Part shown: positions 51,070 to 59,868 of the stretch, in pieces
Numbering within the stretch: position 1 is the first letter of the stretch
How the letters are laid out: each line of letters opens with the position of its first letter
IMG/VR virus record: IMGVR_UViG_3300008954_003312
Coordinates: 12,235 to 76,234 of that record
DNA length: 64,000 bases
Direction: 5' to 3' (one strand)
DNA from: a virus
Notes under the pieces: model-generated
The model's input: the letters and a program-made list of their open reading frames with translations, nothing else
What the model was told of the DNA's origin: nothing
The model's database searches: none
Program-made: the position numbers and the translations under genes

Positions 51070-52694
51070 TGGCTATAATCAATAAGTCAAATCAGATAAA
51101 GGAAATAATAAAGTGTGGAAAAGATCCTACTTATTTTTTTAATAGCTACCTAAGAATTCAACACCCTGTAAGGGGGCTGATTCCGTTTGACACATATCAG
51201 TTTCAAGATGAGTGTGTTGATACATTTATAGAAAATAGATTTTCAATAGTTCTTAAATCCAGGCAGCTAGGAATGTCAACACTGGCTGCAGCATACGCTG
51301 TCTGGCTAGCACTATTTCAAAAAGATAAAAATATTCTCATTATTGCTACTAAGCTTAGTGTGGCACAAAACTTTATATCTAAAGTCAAGATAATGATACG
51401 AAGCCTTCCAGCCTGGCTTGTCCTACCTCAGATTGTAACAAACAATAAACAGCTTTTAGAATTTAGTCATGGATCTTCAATCAAGGCTGTTCCAACTTCA
51501 GAAGATGCAGGTAGGTCAGAAGCACTTTCACTTTTGATTATTGATGAGGCAGCGTTTGTTCGTAATTTTGATGAACTGTGGATGGGACTCTATCCTACAA
51601 TCTCAACAGGTGGACGAGTTATTATATTGTCTACGCCTAACGGTGTAGGTGGGCAGTATTATAAGCTTTATACAGATGCTGAAGCAGGATTAAATGAGTT
51701 TAAGTCAATTAAGATACCATGGGACGCTCACCCAGAACGAGATCAAGACTGGTTTGATAAGACAACAGCAAATCTATCTAAGCGTCAAATTGCTCAAGAG
51801 TATCTTTGTGACTTTGCTTCATCGGGAGAGACATTCCTTTCAGATGACGATATTTTATTTTATAGAAACTTATCACGACCGCCAGTTGAAAGAGCTGGAG
51901 TAGATAAAAACGTATGGATATGGAAGTACCCCCTGACTGAACACAATTATATTATAACTGCTGATGTTTCTCGTGGTGATTCTAAGGACTACTCTACATT
52001 TCATATAATAGATGCAAATGAGGGTGAGTGTGTTGTAGAGTACAAGGGAAAGATTCCTCCAGATAGATTTGGTGAGCTTTTAAACGAATTTGGATTAAAA
52101 TACAATAATGCACTCATGTGCCCAGAGAATAATAGCTATGGGTATGCAACTATTATAAAGCTTAAAGAGCTAAACTATCCGAGACTTTACTATAAAAGAA
52201 GAAAAGCAGTTTATGTAGGAGACTATGTTCCTCATCGTGAATCTGATATTGCCGGATTTACAACTAGCGGAAAAAGTAGAAATTTAATTTTAACTAAGCT
52301 AGAGGAGATTTTAAGAAACAAGCAGATTAAAATATATTCTACAAGATTTTGTGATGAACTTAAGACTTTTATATGGAAGGGACAAAAAGCTCAGGCACAA
52401 AGAGGCTACAATGATGATCTCGTCATCAGTATGGCAATAGCTATGTGGCTGTATGATGCATCAGATGAGCACAGTAGGTCTTCTGCTGTTCTTAACGACG
52501 CAATGATAAAGGCTATGAAAAGAGAGACAAAGACGTATGATGATCTCCCAGACGCAATTCTTAATAATAGACCTTATAACTCAAATTCAAGAAATCCAAA
52601 TGCTGACATGTCTAATAAAAACAGAGAGATCAAAAGTCGAGAATGGGGAAATAGAATTGAATTTAACCCAGAGTTTGACTGGATGTATAAATAG
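51069..52694 (+). CDS. Terminase large subunit (T4 gp17-like)
   Basis: KSRQLGMST, LIIDEAAF, STPNG, QEY.C.F, ADVSRG..KDYS and NDDLV motifs. Confidence 0.95.
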   Translation: MAIINKSNQIKEIIKCGKDPTYFFNSYLRIQHPVRGLIPFDTYQFQDECVDTFIENRFSIVLKSRQLGMSTLAAAYAVWLALFQKDKNILIIATKLSVAQNFISKVKIMIRSLPAWLVLPQIVTNNKQLLEFSHGSSIKAVPTSEDAGRSEALSLLIIDEAAFVRNFDELWMGLYPTISTGGRVIILSTPNGVGGQYYKLYTDAEAGLNEFKSIKIPWDAHPERDQDWFDKTTANLSKRQIAQEYLCDFASSGETFLSDDDILFYRNLSRPPVERAGVDKNVWIWKYPLTEHNYIITADVSRGDSKDYSTFHIIDANEGECVVEYKGKIPPDRFGELLNEFGLKYNNALMCPENNSYGYATIIKLKELNYPRLYYKRRKAVYVGDYVPHRESDIAGFTTSGKSRNLILTKLEEILRNKQIKIYSTRFCDELKTFIWKGQKAQAQRGYNDDLVISMAIAMWLYDASDEHSRSSAVLNDAMIKAMKRETKTYDDLPDAILNNRPYNSNSRNPNADMSNKNREIKSREWGNRIEFNPEFDWMYK

Positions 52695-52708
52695 ACCTGA
52701 GGTTATAA

Positions 52709-54796
52709 ATGGCTAAAAACGACTCTGAAAGCCTGTTTAGAAGGCTGACGCTTCTATTTAGAAGCGGACCAGTTATAAAGAGAAAGGTCCGAGATTTTGA
52801 ATCTGGATCAAAGACATCATCTGCATTTGAGCTGTTTAGAAAGACTCAGAGCCACGTCTATAGCACAGCAATGAGTGCTTATGGCACATATGATAGAATG
52901 GCAAGATATTCAGATTTTTCTGAAATGGAATACACACCTGAGATAAGTTCAGCTATTGACATTTATGCAGAAGAGACAGTCTCAGCTGATGAGATTGGAA
53001 CTGTATTACATATTCATTCTGAAAATCCAACAATTCAAAGACTATTGGAAGAGGTTTTCTACGATACATTGAATGTTGAATTTAATTTAACTTCTTGGGT
53101 TAGGACGCTTTGCAAGTACGGTGACTTTTTTCTTTTTAATGATGTTTCTCCTGAGCATGGAGTTATTAACGGATATCCTATTCCAGTAAATGAGATAGAA
53201 AGAGAAGAAGGGTTTGATCCAAATGATCCAATGGCTGTCAGGTATAGATGGGTCACACAGGGAAATCAAGTTCTTGAAAATTGGCAGGTAACTCACATGC
53301 GTGTCTTAGGGAATGATGCCTTTCTTCCTTATGGGTCATCTGTCCTGGAGTCAGCTCGAAGAATATGGCGACAGTTGATTTTAATTGAAGATGCCATGCT
53401 GGTTTATAGGATTGTAAGATCTCCTGAGAGAAGAGTTTTCTATGTTGATGTTGGAAATGTTCCACCAGAAGAAATACCAAACTATATGGAACAAGTTCAG
53501 ACTACTCTAAAGAGAGCCCAAGTTGTTGATAGAGACAGCGGCAGAGTTGATTTAAGATATAACCCTCTTTCTGTTGATGAAGACTATTATCTTCCTGTTC
53601 GCGGATCTGAGACAGGGACTAAGATTGATACACTCGCAGGCGGTCAAAATACAACTGCAATTGAAGATGTGGAATATATTCAGAAAAAATTATTCGCTGC
53701 TCTAAAGATTCCAAAAGCCTATCTAGGGTATGACGAAGGCCTGGGAGCAAAGGCAACTCTTTCTCAAGAAGATATAAGGTTTTCTAGAACAATAGCTAGA
53801 ATTCAAAGAACAGTTATAGCAGAGCTTAATAAGATAGCAATAATTCACTTATTCTGCAATGGGTTTGAAGGAGAGGATTTATTAGATTTTAAGCTACAAC
53901 TTTCAAATCCATCAACAATAGCTCAGCAGCAAAAGCTAGAGCTGTTTAGATCAAGATTCGAGATAGCTGGAAATGCCATGAATGTTGCAGGAATGGTCAA
54001 CAAAGACTGGCTCAGAAAGAATCTATTTTCAATGACAGATAGTGAAATAGATAAAATAAATAAGGGACTGGTTGAAGATAAGACAAGAGAGCTAGAGATT
54101 GAATCGATTCAGCTACCTGGCATGGGAGAGGAAGACCTCGGCGCAGAAGATTTAGGAGGTGGTGGTGGACCACCACCTGGTCCCCCTTCCCCCGAGCCGC
54201 CACCAGACAGCGAGCCTCCGCTTACAGCAGTAGATATAAGGGCTTCTTCTAGTGATGGTTTAATTTCTGATGTTGATATTAGAAAAAAAGAGGGATCTTC
54301 GGGATTTAGTCTTCTTTCAATTGAAAATGAAGACTCTCCTATAGTTGCTCAAAATAGAGTTGACAAGTTTTTAAGTCTGTCTGAGTCTGCTATTGATGAA
54401 GAGGCTGAGGATGATGATAAAGATGATGATAGTGAGCCCACAGAGCTTGAAAGATCTATTCTCAATAGAAGGAGAAAAAGACACTCTGGCGGGCGATTCG
54501 CTGATGCAACTAAGCGGACTCATACAAGCAGAGCAAATGATTCTATAAGCAATCCAGACGGAATGAAGCTGCTTTCTCAAGAAATGAAATCTGATATGAA
54601 AGCACTTGTCAACCCTATGGGTGAGGGCACTTTCGAAAGCGGCTACGATGTATCAGAATTTTTAGATGAAAAGATAACACAGAACGCAAAAATGAATTCT
54701 CAGATAAGATCTACATTAAAATCTCTTGGGAACAACCTAAGTAATACAGGGATTCTAATGTCAGAAGGAAACTTAGATTCAATTGACGAGGCATGA
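52709..54796 (+). CDS. Portal protein (T4 gp20-like) with long C-terminal extension
   Basis: IEDAMLVYRIVRSPERRVFYVDVGN, EDYYLP.RG, IDTLAGG and KLFAALKIP motifs. Confidence 0.95.
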   Translation: MAKNDSESLFRRLTLLFRSGPVIKRKVRDFESGSKTSSAFELFRKTQSHVYSTAMSAYGTYDRMARYSDFSEMEYTPEISSAIDIYAEETVSADEIGTVLHIHSENPTIQRLLEEVFYDTLNVEFNLTSWVRTLCKYGDFFLFNDVSPEHGVINGYPIPVNEIEREEGFDPNDPMAVRYRWVTQGNQVLENWQVTHMRVLGNDAFLPYGSSVLESARRIWRQLILIEDAMLVYRIVRSPERRVFYVDVGNVPPEEIPNYMEQVQTTLKRAQVVDRDSGRVDLRYNPLSVDEDYYLPVRGSETGTKIDTLAGGQNTTAIEDVEYIQKKLFAALKIPKAYLGYDEGLGAKATLSQEDIRFSRTIARIQRTVIAELNKIAIIHLFCNGFEGEDLLDFKLQLSNPSTIAQQQKLELFRSRFEIAGNAMNVAGMVNKDWLRKNLFSMTDSEIDKINKGLVEDKTRELEIESIQLPGMGEEDLGAEDLGGGGGPPPGPPSPEPPPDSEPPLTAVDIRASSSDGLISDVDIRKKEGSSGFSLLSIENEDSPIVAQNRVDKFLSLSESAIDEEAEDDDKDDDSEPTELERSILNRRRKRHSGGRFADATKRTHTSRANDSISNPDGMKLLSQEMKSDMKALVNPMGEGTFESGYDVSEFLDEKITQNAKMNSQIRSTLKSLGNNLSNTGILMSEGNLDSIDEA

Positions 54797-54800
54797 TTTA

Positions 54801-55658
54801 ATGACAAAGTCTCATAATAAAAAAAGAAATATTGGAATTATATACGAACTTTTGTTGCGTAATATTTCTAGTAACCTTATAGCTAAGAATGTCAATGAGG
54901 CTCAGCGGTCACTTGACTTACTGTCTAGTAGGTTTAATAAAGATAGTGAGCTCTACAGAGAGTTTAGGCTATTTAACGCACTAGCAAATGCTTCAGTTAG
55001 CGATACAGCAATTGCTGCTGGAATCCTGGCTGAAGCTAAAAGGGCTGCCAGGAGATGCGATACAAAGAAGCTTAATCATGAAAAATCTATGCTGATAAAA
55101 GAAATTAATCACAGCCTAAAGGATGATAGCTTTTATCATAGAAAAATTAAAAACTATAGAGACTACGCTACGATTCAGACTCTTTTAAACGACTGGAGAG
55201 AGGGAGACAGTGCAGACTTAACAAGGGTTATAAAGTATGAGTCTAAAGTTATTCAGAGGCTACTTGAGCAAAAGCCTGAGACTGAAGACGTAGCTAACCT
55301 TAAAAATCCAAATATTGACAATCTTGTTGTTAAGATTATGACAGAAAAGCTTAATAGAAAATACGGTGATTCTCTAAGCGATCATCAAAAAGATATAATA
55401 AGAACATACGTTTTTTCAATTAGTGAAGATGGCGGAGAGACCATTAGAAAAAAACTTAATAAAATTAAGTCAAGCGCTCTTAGTGAAATGAAAACGCTTA
55501 GAGAAAAAACAGATAATAAAGTTCTATTGGAAAAAATAGATAGTGTTAATCAAAAAATAATTGATCAAAATATTGATCATGTTGATGATAAATCTATTTC
55601 TAGGTTTTTGACAATTTCAAGACTTAGAAATGAAATCCTGGAGTCTATAAATGAGTAA
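54801..55658 (+). CDS. Hypothetical head-module protein (possible prohead core)
   Basis: Lies between portal and protease; probable ATG 54801 after GAGG. Confidence 0.5.
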   Translation: MTKSHNKKRNIGIIYELLLRNISSNLIAKNVNEAQRSLDLLSSRFNKDSELYREFRLFNALANASVSDTAIAAGILAEAKRAARRCDTKKLNHEKSMLIKEINHSLKDDSFYHRKIKNYRDYATIQTLLNDWREGDSADLTRVIKYESKVIQRLLEQKPETEDVANLKNPNIDNLVVKIMTEKLNRKYGDSLSDHQKDIIRTYVFSISEDGGETIRKKLNKIKSSALSEMKTLREKTDNKVLLEKIDSVNQKIIDQNIDHVDDKSISRFLTISRLRNEILESINE

Positions 55659-56253
55659 TAATTTACAGCTACTAACAGAGTGGATGCCACTGTCCTATGA
55701 TAAGGGTCTTATTAGTGAATCTAAAATGAGAAATGGCGGTAAGATAGTTCTAAAGGGAATATTGCAAAAATGTAATACTCTAAATCAAAATGGAAGAATC
55801 TATCCTGAGTCTATACTTTCAAGAGAGATTTTAAATTATCAGAAATTTATTAAGGAAAATAGAGCCTTGGGAGAGTGTGACCACCCTGACTCTTCTGTTG
55901 TTGAGCTAAAGAATGTTTCTCATATTGTTAGAGAAGCATACATGGATGGAGAAAGTGTTGTCGGGATTGTTGAGCTTTTAGACACACCTGCCGGAAAAAT
56001 TCTCCAGAGCCTTGTTGAGTCTGGTGTGACGCTTGGAATCTCTTCTCGAGGTGTCGGATCAACTAAGGATAATGGTTCAGCTCAGGTTGTTCAAGAGGAT
56101 TTTCAGTTAATATGCTTTGACATGGTTAGTGAGCCCTCTACCCCTGGTGCATTTATGATGTCTGAGTCGAGAAACTTAAGAAGAGATCTAGATAGGGTTT
56201 TTACTCAGACAGATAAAATTGATAGAATTTTTAATGATATTTTAAGCTGGTAG
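55651..56253 (+). CDS. Prohead protease (T4 gp21-like)
   Basis: NQNGRIYP, ALGECDHP, VSH, TPAGKI, GISSRGVGS and D.VSEPSTPGA motifs. Confidence 0.95.
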   Translation: MSNNLQLLTEWMPLSYDKGLISESKMRNGGKIVLKGILQKCNTLNQNGRIYPESILSREILNYQKFIKENRALGECDHPDSSVVELKNVSHIVREAYMDGESVVGIVELLDTPAGKILQSLVESGVTLGISSRGVGSTKDNGSAQVVQEDFQLICFDMVSEPSTPGAFMMSESRNLRRDLDRVFTQTDKIDRIFNDILSW

Positions 56254-56261
56254 GAGAAAGA

Positions 56262-56753
56262 ATGTCAAAGCTATCTAGATCTGTTCTTAAGGGAATAGTT
56301 AAGGAGTGCTTGGTTGAGATCTTGCAGGAGGGCCTTAGTCCTGAATCATCAATAAATTTATCAGAGTCTAAAGGAAACCACACATCAGTAAAAAGATCCA
56401 CTCGCTTAAATAACAGGAGGTCTTCTGCACTAGATAGAATATCTTATGGATCTAACTCTATTGAAAGTAATCTTCCTAAAAATAGAAAATTTGAGTCAAA
56501 TATTAAAAAAGTTACTGAGAATATGACTCAAGATCCTGTTTTATCTTCTATACTTGCTGATACTGCTCGGACAACACTTCAAGAGCAATCAGGCGCAGAA
56601 TCTAAAGGCCCATCAGGCGCTTATTTGCCAACAGCAGCAGCAGGAGATACAGCGGCTAGAGTAGCTGCTTCATCAGACCCTATGGAGATATTTTCTGAAT
56701 CTGCCGAAAAGTGGGCAGAGTTGGCATTTTCTAATAAATTACCAGGAAGATGA
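56262..56753 (+). CDS. Hypothetical head-module protein
   Basis: SD AGGAG; LKGIVKECLVEILQE N-terminus. Confidence 0.55.
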   Translation: MSKLSRSVLKGIVKECLVEILQEGLSPESSINLSESKGNHTSVKRSTRLNNRRSSALDRISYGSNSIESNLPKNRKFESNIKKVTENMTQDPVLSSILADTARTTLQEQSGAESKGPSGAYLPTAAAGDTAARVAASSDPMEIFSESAEKWAELAFSNKLPGR

Positions 56754-56828
56754 TTCAGATAATTTTGATGAAGTTAGTTATTTTTTTTAATTAGCTTGAT
56801 ATGTATTGATGTTACATTAGGAGACACA

Positions 56829-57095
56829 ATGTCTAGAGTAAGAAAACTTACACCCGGAGTATTGAAGAGGATTATAGCTGAAGAACGTTCAAAGCTAGCT
56901 GCTGAGAACAGAAGGTCATCTAGGTCCACTCAGAGAAGTGCCAGAAAGGCTGCAAAGAAAGGCGGCAATCAGACTCTTCAGAACATTACTGATGCCAAGC
57001 GTCTTAGAATTGCTGAGGCAAGACTAAGGAGAGCACTTAGCAGAATAACTAAGCAGAGAAGAGTCCTTAGAAATAAAATCAATAAGGAGCTATAA
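56829..57095 (+). CDS. Small Arg/Lys-rich protein, possible DNA-binding internal protein
   Basis: ATG 56829 follows AGGAG; very basic helical sequence. Confidence 0.55.
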   Translation: MSRVRKLTPGVLKRIIAEERSKLAAENRRSSRSTQRSARKAAKKGGNQTLQNITDAKRLRIAEARLRRALSRITKQRRVLRNKINKEL

Positions 57096-57602
57096 ATGGC
57101 TGAAGTCAGGCAGACCACAGTAAATCCTGATATTCCTGATTCAAAGCAGTTTGGAACTAGAAATCAGAAAAATCTTAAGTCTTCTTTTGGAGGATCTCCT
57201 ATACTTTCTGGAGAATATACAGATGAAACACTTAGATCTCTTTACTCTGACCTGGCTTTAGACGGAACTGTTTTAAATGGTCTAGGATTCAGTAGCTTTG
57301 ATAGAGATTTTTCTGATGCACCCAACATGGCTGATGTTCCTACAGGCGGTGGCGGTCTTCCTACTACACCTCATGTTCCAAATATCACTTCACCCGGACC
57401 GGGAAGTGTATTTGCAAGTGATCAAGCACCGTACGATGGAGATATTTTAGATCCAGGAGTTGAGTTTGGATCTGGTTTGGGGGCAATGACTTCTCCAAAT
57501 GTTACTTCTGATCCTATTTCAAAGATTGGATCTGAGGGTGTATTAACAGTCGGATCTTATATAATGGGAAGATCATTTAAGGGTTCTGACGGTCAGTCCT
57601 GA
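57096..57602 (+). CDS. Hypothetical Gly/Pro/Ser-rich protein
   Basis: SD AAGGAG; abuts the upstream stop codon. Confidence 0.55.
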   Translation: MAEVRQTTVNPDIPDSKQFGTRNQKNLKSSFGGSPILSGEYTDETLRSLYSDLALDGTVLNGLGFSSFDRDFSDAPNMADVPTGGGGLPTTPHVPNITSPGPGSVFASDQAPYDGDILDPGVEFGSGLGAMTSPNVTSDPISKIGSEGVLTVGSYIMGRSFKGSDGQS

Positions 57603-58270
57603 TGGGATCACAGCAGGATTTAACAGGTCCCTTAGGGGTCATAAATCCTGTAGCGGGTAGAAGTTCTAATGCTGGTGGCGGATACGGTCGCTTACGAGGC
57701 TCTGGTCGCTCACCAGCAGATGGCTCAGGTGAATCGAGACCGAGACAGGGGCACTTTCCATACACTGATCCCGTTGTCAGCTTCTCTAAAGAAGAAGAGA
57801 TTGAATTTTTTGATGACGTCTTAAGCGATGATGATATTGACTCTTTCGTTGCTAAGATTCTTTCTGTAATTACACCGTCAGATCCTAGTAATAGAGCAGA
57901 CAGAGCATCACTTGTTAGTAACCAGCCATACGGCCATACTGGCCTTAGTGAGAAAAAGTTTCACAAGGCTCGACAAGGACCAGCACCCTTTACGTTCAAC
58001 TTCCTTTATCCTAATAAGTTCCCAGGTCCTGCTTTGGGTGGATTTTCAACTGATGCAGCTATGACCACTGGTCCAGGCAGCAGGGGGATGAGAAGTACAC
58101 CCTACGGAACGCAAAGAGCACCAATCCCACTGATCGATGATGATGATTCAACTTTCTCTTATTTTGATATTAAAGAAAAGGGAACAGGAGACCTTTCTGA
58201 CTTTGAGAATGTTAAGAGACAGCAAAGAAGAGTGCTTAAAGTTCTTGATGAGATAGATAGTGATCTATAA
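57602..58270 (+). CDS. Hypothetical Gly/Pro-rich protein
   Basis: TGATG coupling to the upstream gene. Confidence 0.55.
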   Translation: MGSQQDLTGPLGVINPVAGRSSNAGGGYGRLRGSGRSPADGSGESRPRQGHFPYTDPVVSFSKEEEIEFFDDVLSDDDIDSFVAKILSVITPSDPSNRADRASLVSNQPYGHTGLSEKKFHKARQGPAPFTFNFLYPNKFPGPALGGFSTDAAMTTGPGSRGMRSTPYGTQRAPIPLIDDDDSTFSYFDIKEKGTGDLSDFENVKRQQRRVLKVLDEIDSDL

Positions 58271-58280
58271 GATGGGTTTT

Positions 58281-58302
58281 TTTAATCTTACAGTAATATT
58301 TA
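58281..58302 (+). promoter_or_regulatory. Candidate late promoter (ATATTTA) within a 22-bp element also present at 46144-46165
   Basis: TTTAATCTTACAGTAATATTTA versus TTTAATCTTACAGTATTATTTA, 21/22 identical, both intergenic. Confidence 0.55.
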
Positions 58303-58321
58303 TTTTGGATGAGGTTTAAAA

Positions 58322-59836
58322 ATGACAACGTCACTTTATGATGAAGTAATAGCAGAAGCAAAGCAGCTAAGAGAAGTTGCTGAGCAAAATGCTAAAAATG
58401 CTATAATTGAGGCTGTAACGCCCAAGATTAGGCAGTTTATAGAAGACCAGCTTTTAAATGATGGAAAGAGCATAAAAGATAACAAAGAAAATCAGGATGT
58501 CTTATCTGAGACAATTTCTGAACTATTGTCATCTGATGAGATCGGCGGAGAAGAGGTCGTTATTGATGAAAGCGCTCTCTCTTCACTAATAAACCTTCTT
58601 GGTGAAGGTGATGATGTCAATCTATCTACTAGCAGTGTTCGTCAGGCTCTAAGAGAGACCGTAGGTGGACTAACAAGCTCTGAAAGGCATAAGCTTACTT
58701 CAGCAGCTAGTAAAATAAAACAAACAGCAAACAGTTTGTCTTCTAAGAGAATAGATATAAATGAGACTATTTTGGAGAATCCTACAATGTCAAGAAATAA
58801 AAATGATGTGCTTTATGAGGTTGACTTAGACAGCCTTTCCTCACTTATTGAGCAGTCTGATGACTCTGGAAGAGGCTCGTCCTCTCCGAAACAAAGATAC
58901 GCTGATGAAGCAGATCTTGCTGATGCACTTAGAGAGGCATCAATAGTTATGGATCTTGGCGATGATTTAGATGTTGAATCTCTCCAAGATATATTGGGAC
59001 CGGCGCTTGGTACAGCACAGCTTTCACTAGAGGTTGGCGAAGAAGACGAGGGTGCTGACATGGATGATGAGGAACTAGATCTAGATCTAGATATGGACAT
59101 GGATGATATGGAAATGGAAGATATGCCCGTTGATGAGCCTGAAGAAGAAGTCCTTGATGAGGTCTATGATATAGATCCTAGAATGCTCAAGTCTGAGATA
59201 CGAAGACTTAGAAGAAACCTTGCAGAGGTTGCTAGCGGTCTTCATGATGCCAAGGGCGGAACTGATTCTAAGGAATCAAGCTTCGGAGGAGCTGGAAGCT
59301 CAGCTGCTGGACTTAAGAACGTATGGGGTGGCAAATCTGGAAAGAAGGGTGATGACTTCGGAGGAGGCTCCCGTTCAGGGGATGTGCTCGAAGCACCACC
59401 GACTATGAATAAACTTGCTGAAGTTAAAAAGCTTCGTAGAAAATTACAAAATGAGGGCCGCAGAAATCGTGCTCTCCAAGATAGGCTCAAACAATACAGA
59501 AGTGCCGTTGAAACACTTCGTGAGCAGTTAACAGAGATGAACTTATTTAACGCAAAGCTTCTTTACGTTAATAAGCTTTTACAAAATAAGGGTGTTACTC
59601 CTTCTCAAAGGAGATCTATCATTGAGTCAATAGACGGTGCTAGAACTCTAAGAGAGGTGAAGCTACTCTATAAGAGCCTGACTGGCTCAATTAAAAATAA
59701 GCCCAATAGGCTTTCCGAGTCAGCAGCGAGAAGAACGCTCGGCGCTTCCTCAAGGGTAACAAGACCTGGATCTACACATGCAGAGTCAGGTGCCGCTGAG
59801 GTTACACGCTGGGCTAAGCTCGCAGGGCTTAAGTAA
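58322..59836 (+). CDS. Prohead scaffolding protein (gp22-like position)
   Basis: Acidic coiled-coil protein directly upstream of the capsid gene; NLFNAKLLYVNKL; ends WAKLAGLK. Confidence 0.7.
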   Translation: MTTSLYDEVIAEAKQLREVAEQNAKNAIIEAVTPKIRQFIEDQLLNDGKSIKDNKENQDVLSETISELLSSDEIGGEEVVIDESALSSLINLLGEGDDVNLSTSSVRQALRETVGGLTSSERHKLTSAASKIKQTANSLSSKRIDINETILENPTMSRNKNDVLYEVDLDSLSSLIEQSDDSGRGSSSPKQRYADEADLADALREASIVMDLGDDLDVESLQDILGPALGTAQLSLEVGEEDEGADMDDEELDLDLDMDMDDMEMEDMPVDEPEEEVLDEVYDIDPRMLKSEIRRLRRNLAEVASGLHDAKGGTDSKESSFGGAGSSAAGLKNVWGGKSGKKGDDFGGGSRSGDVLEAPPTMNKLAEVKKLRRKLQNEGRRNRALQDRLKQYRSAVETLREQLTEMNLFNAKLLYVNKLLQNKGVTPSQRRSIIESIDGARTLREVKLLYKSLTGSIKNKPNRLSESAARRTLGASSRVTRPGSTHAESGAAEVTRWAKLAGLK

Positions 59837-59868
59837 CAAAAGATAAACTGCTAAGGAGAAAATAAAAA

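Noticed and set aside
59075-59125. Tandem CTAGAT x3 and ATGGA repeats
   Set aside because: They simply encode the low-complexity LDLDLDMDMDDMEMEDM stretch of the scaffold protein.
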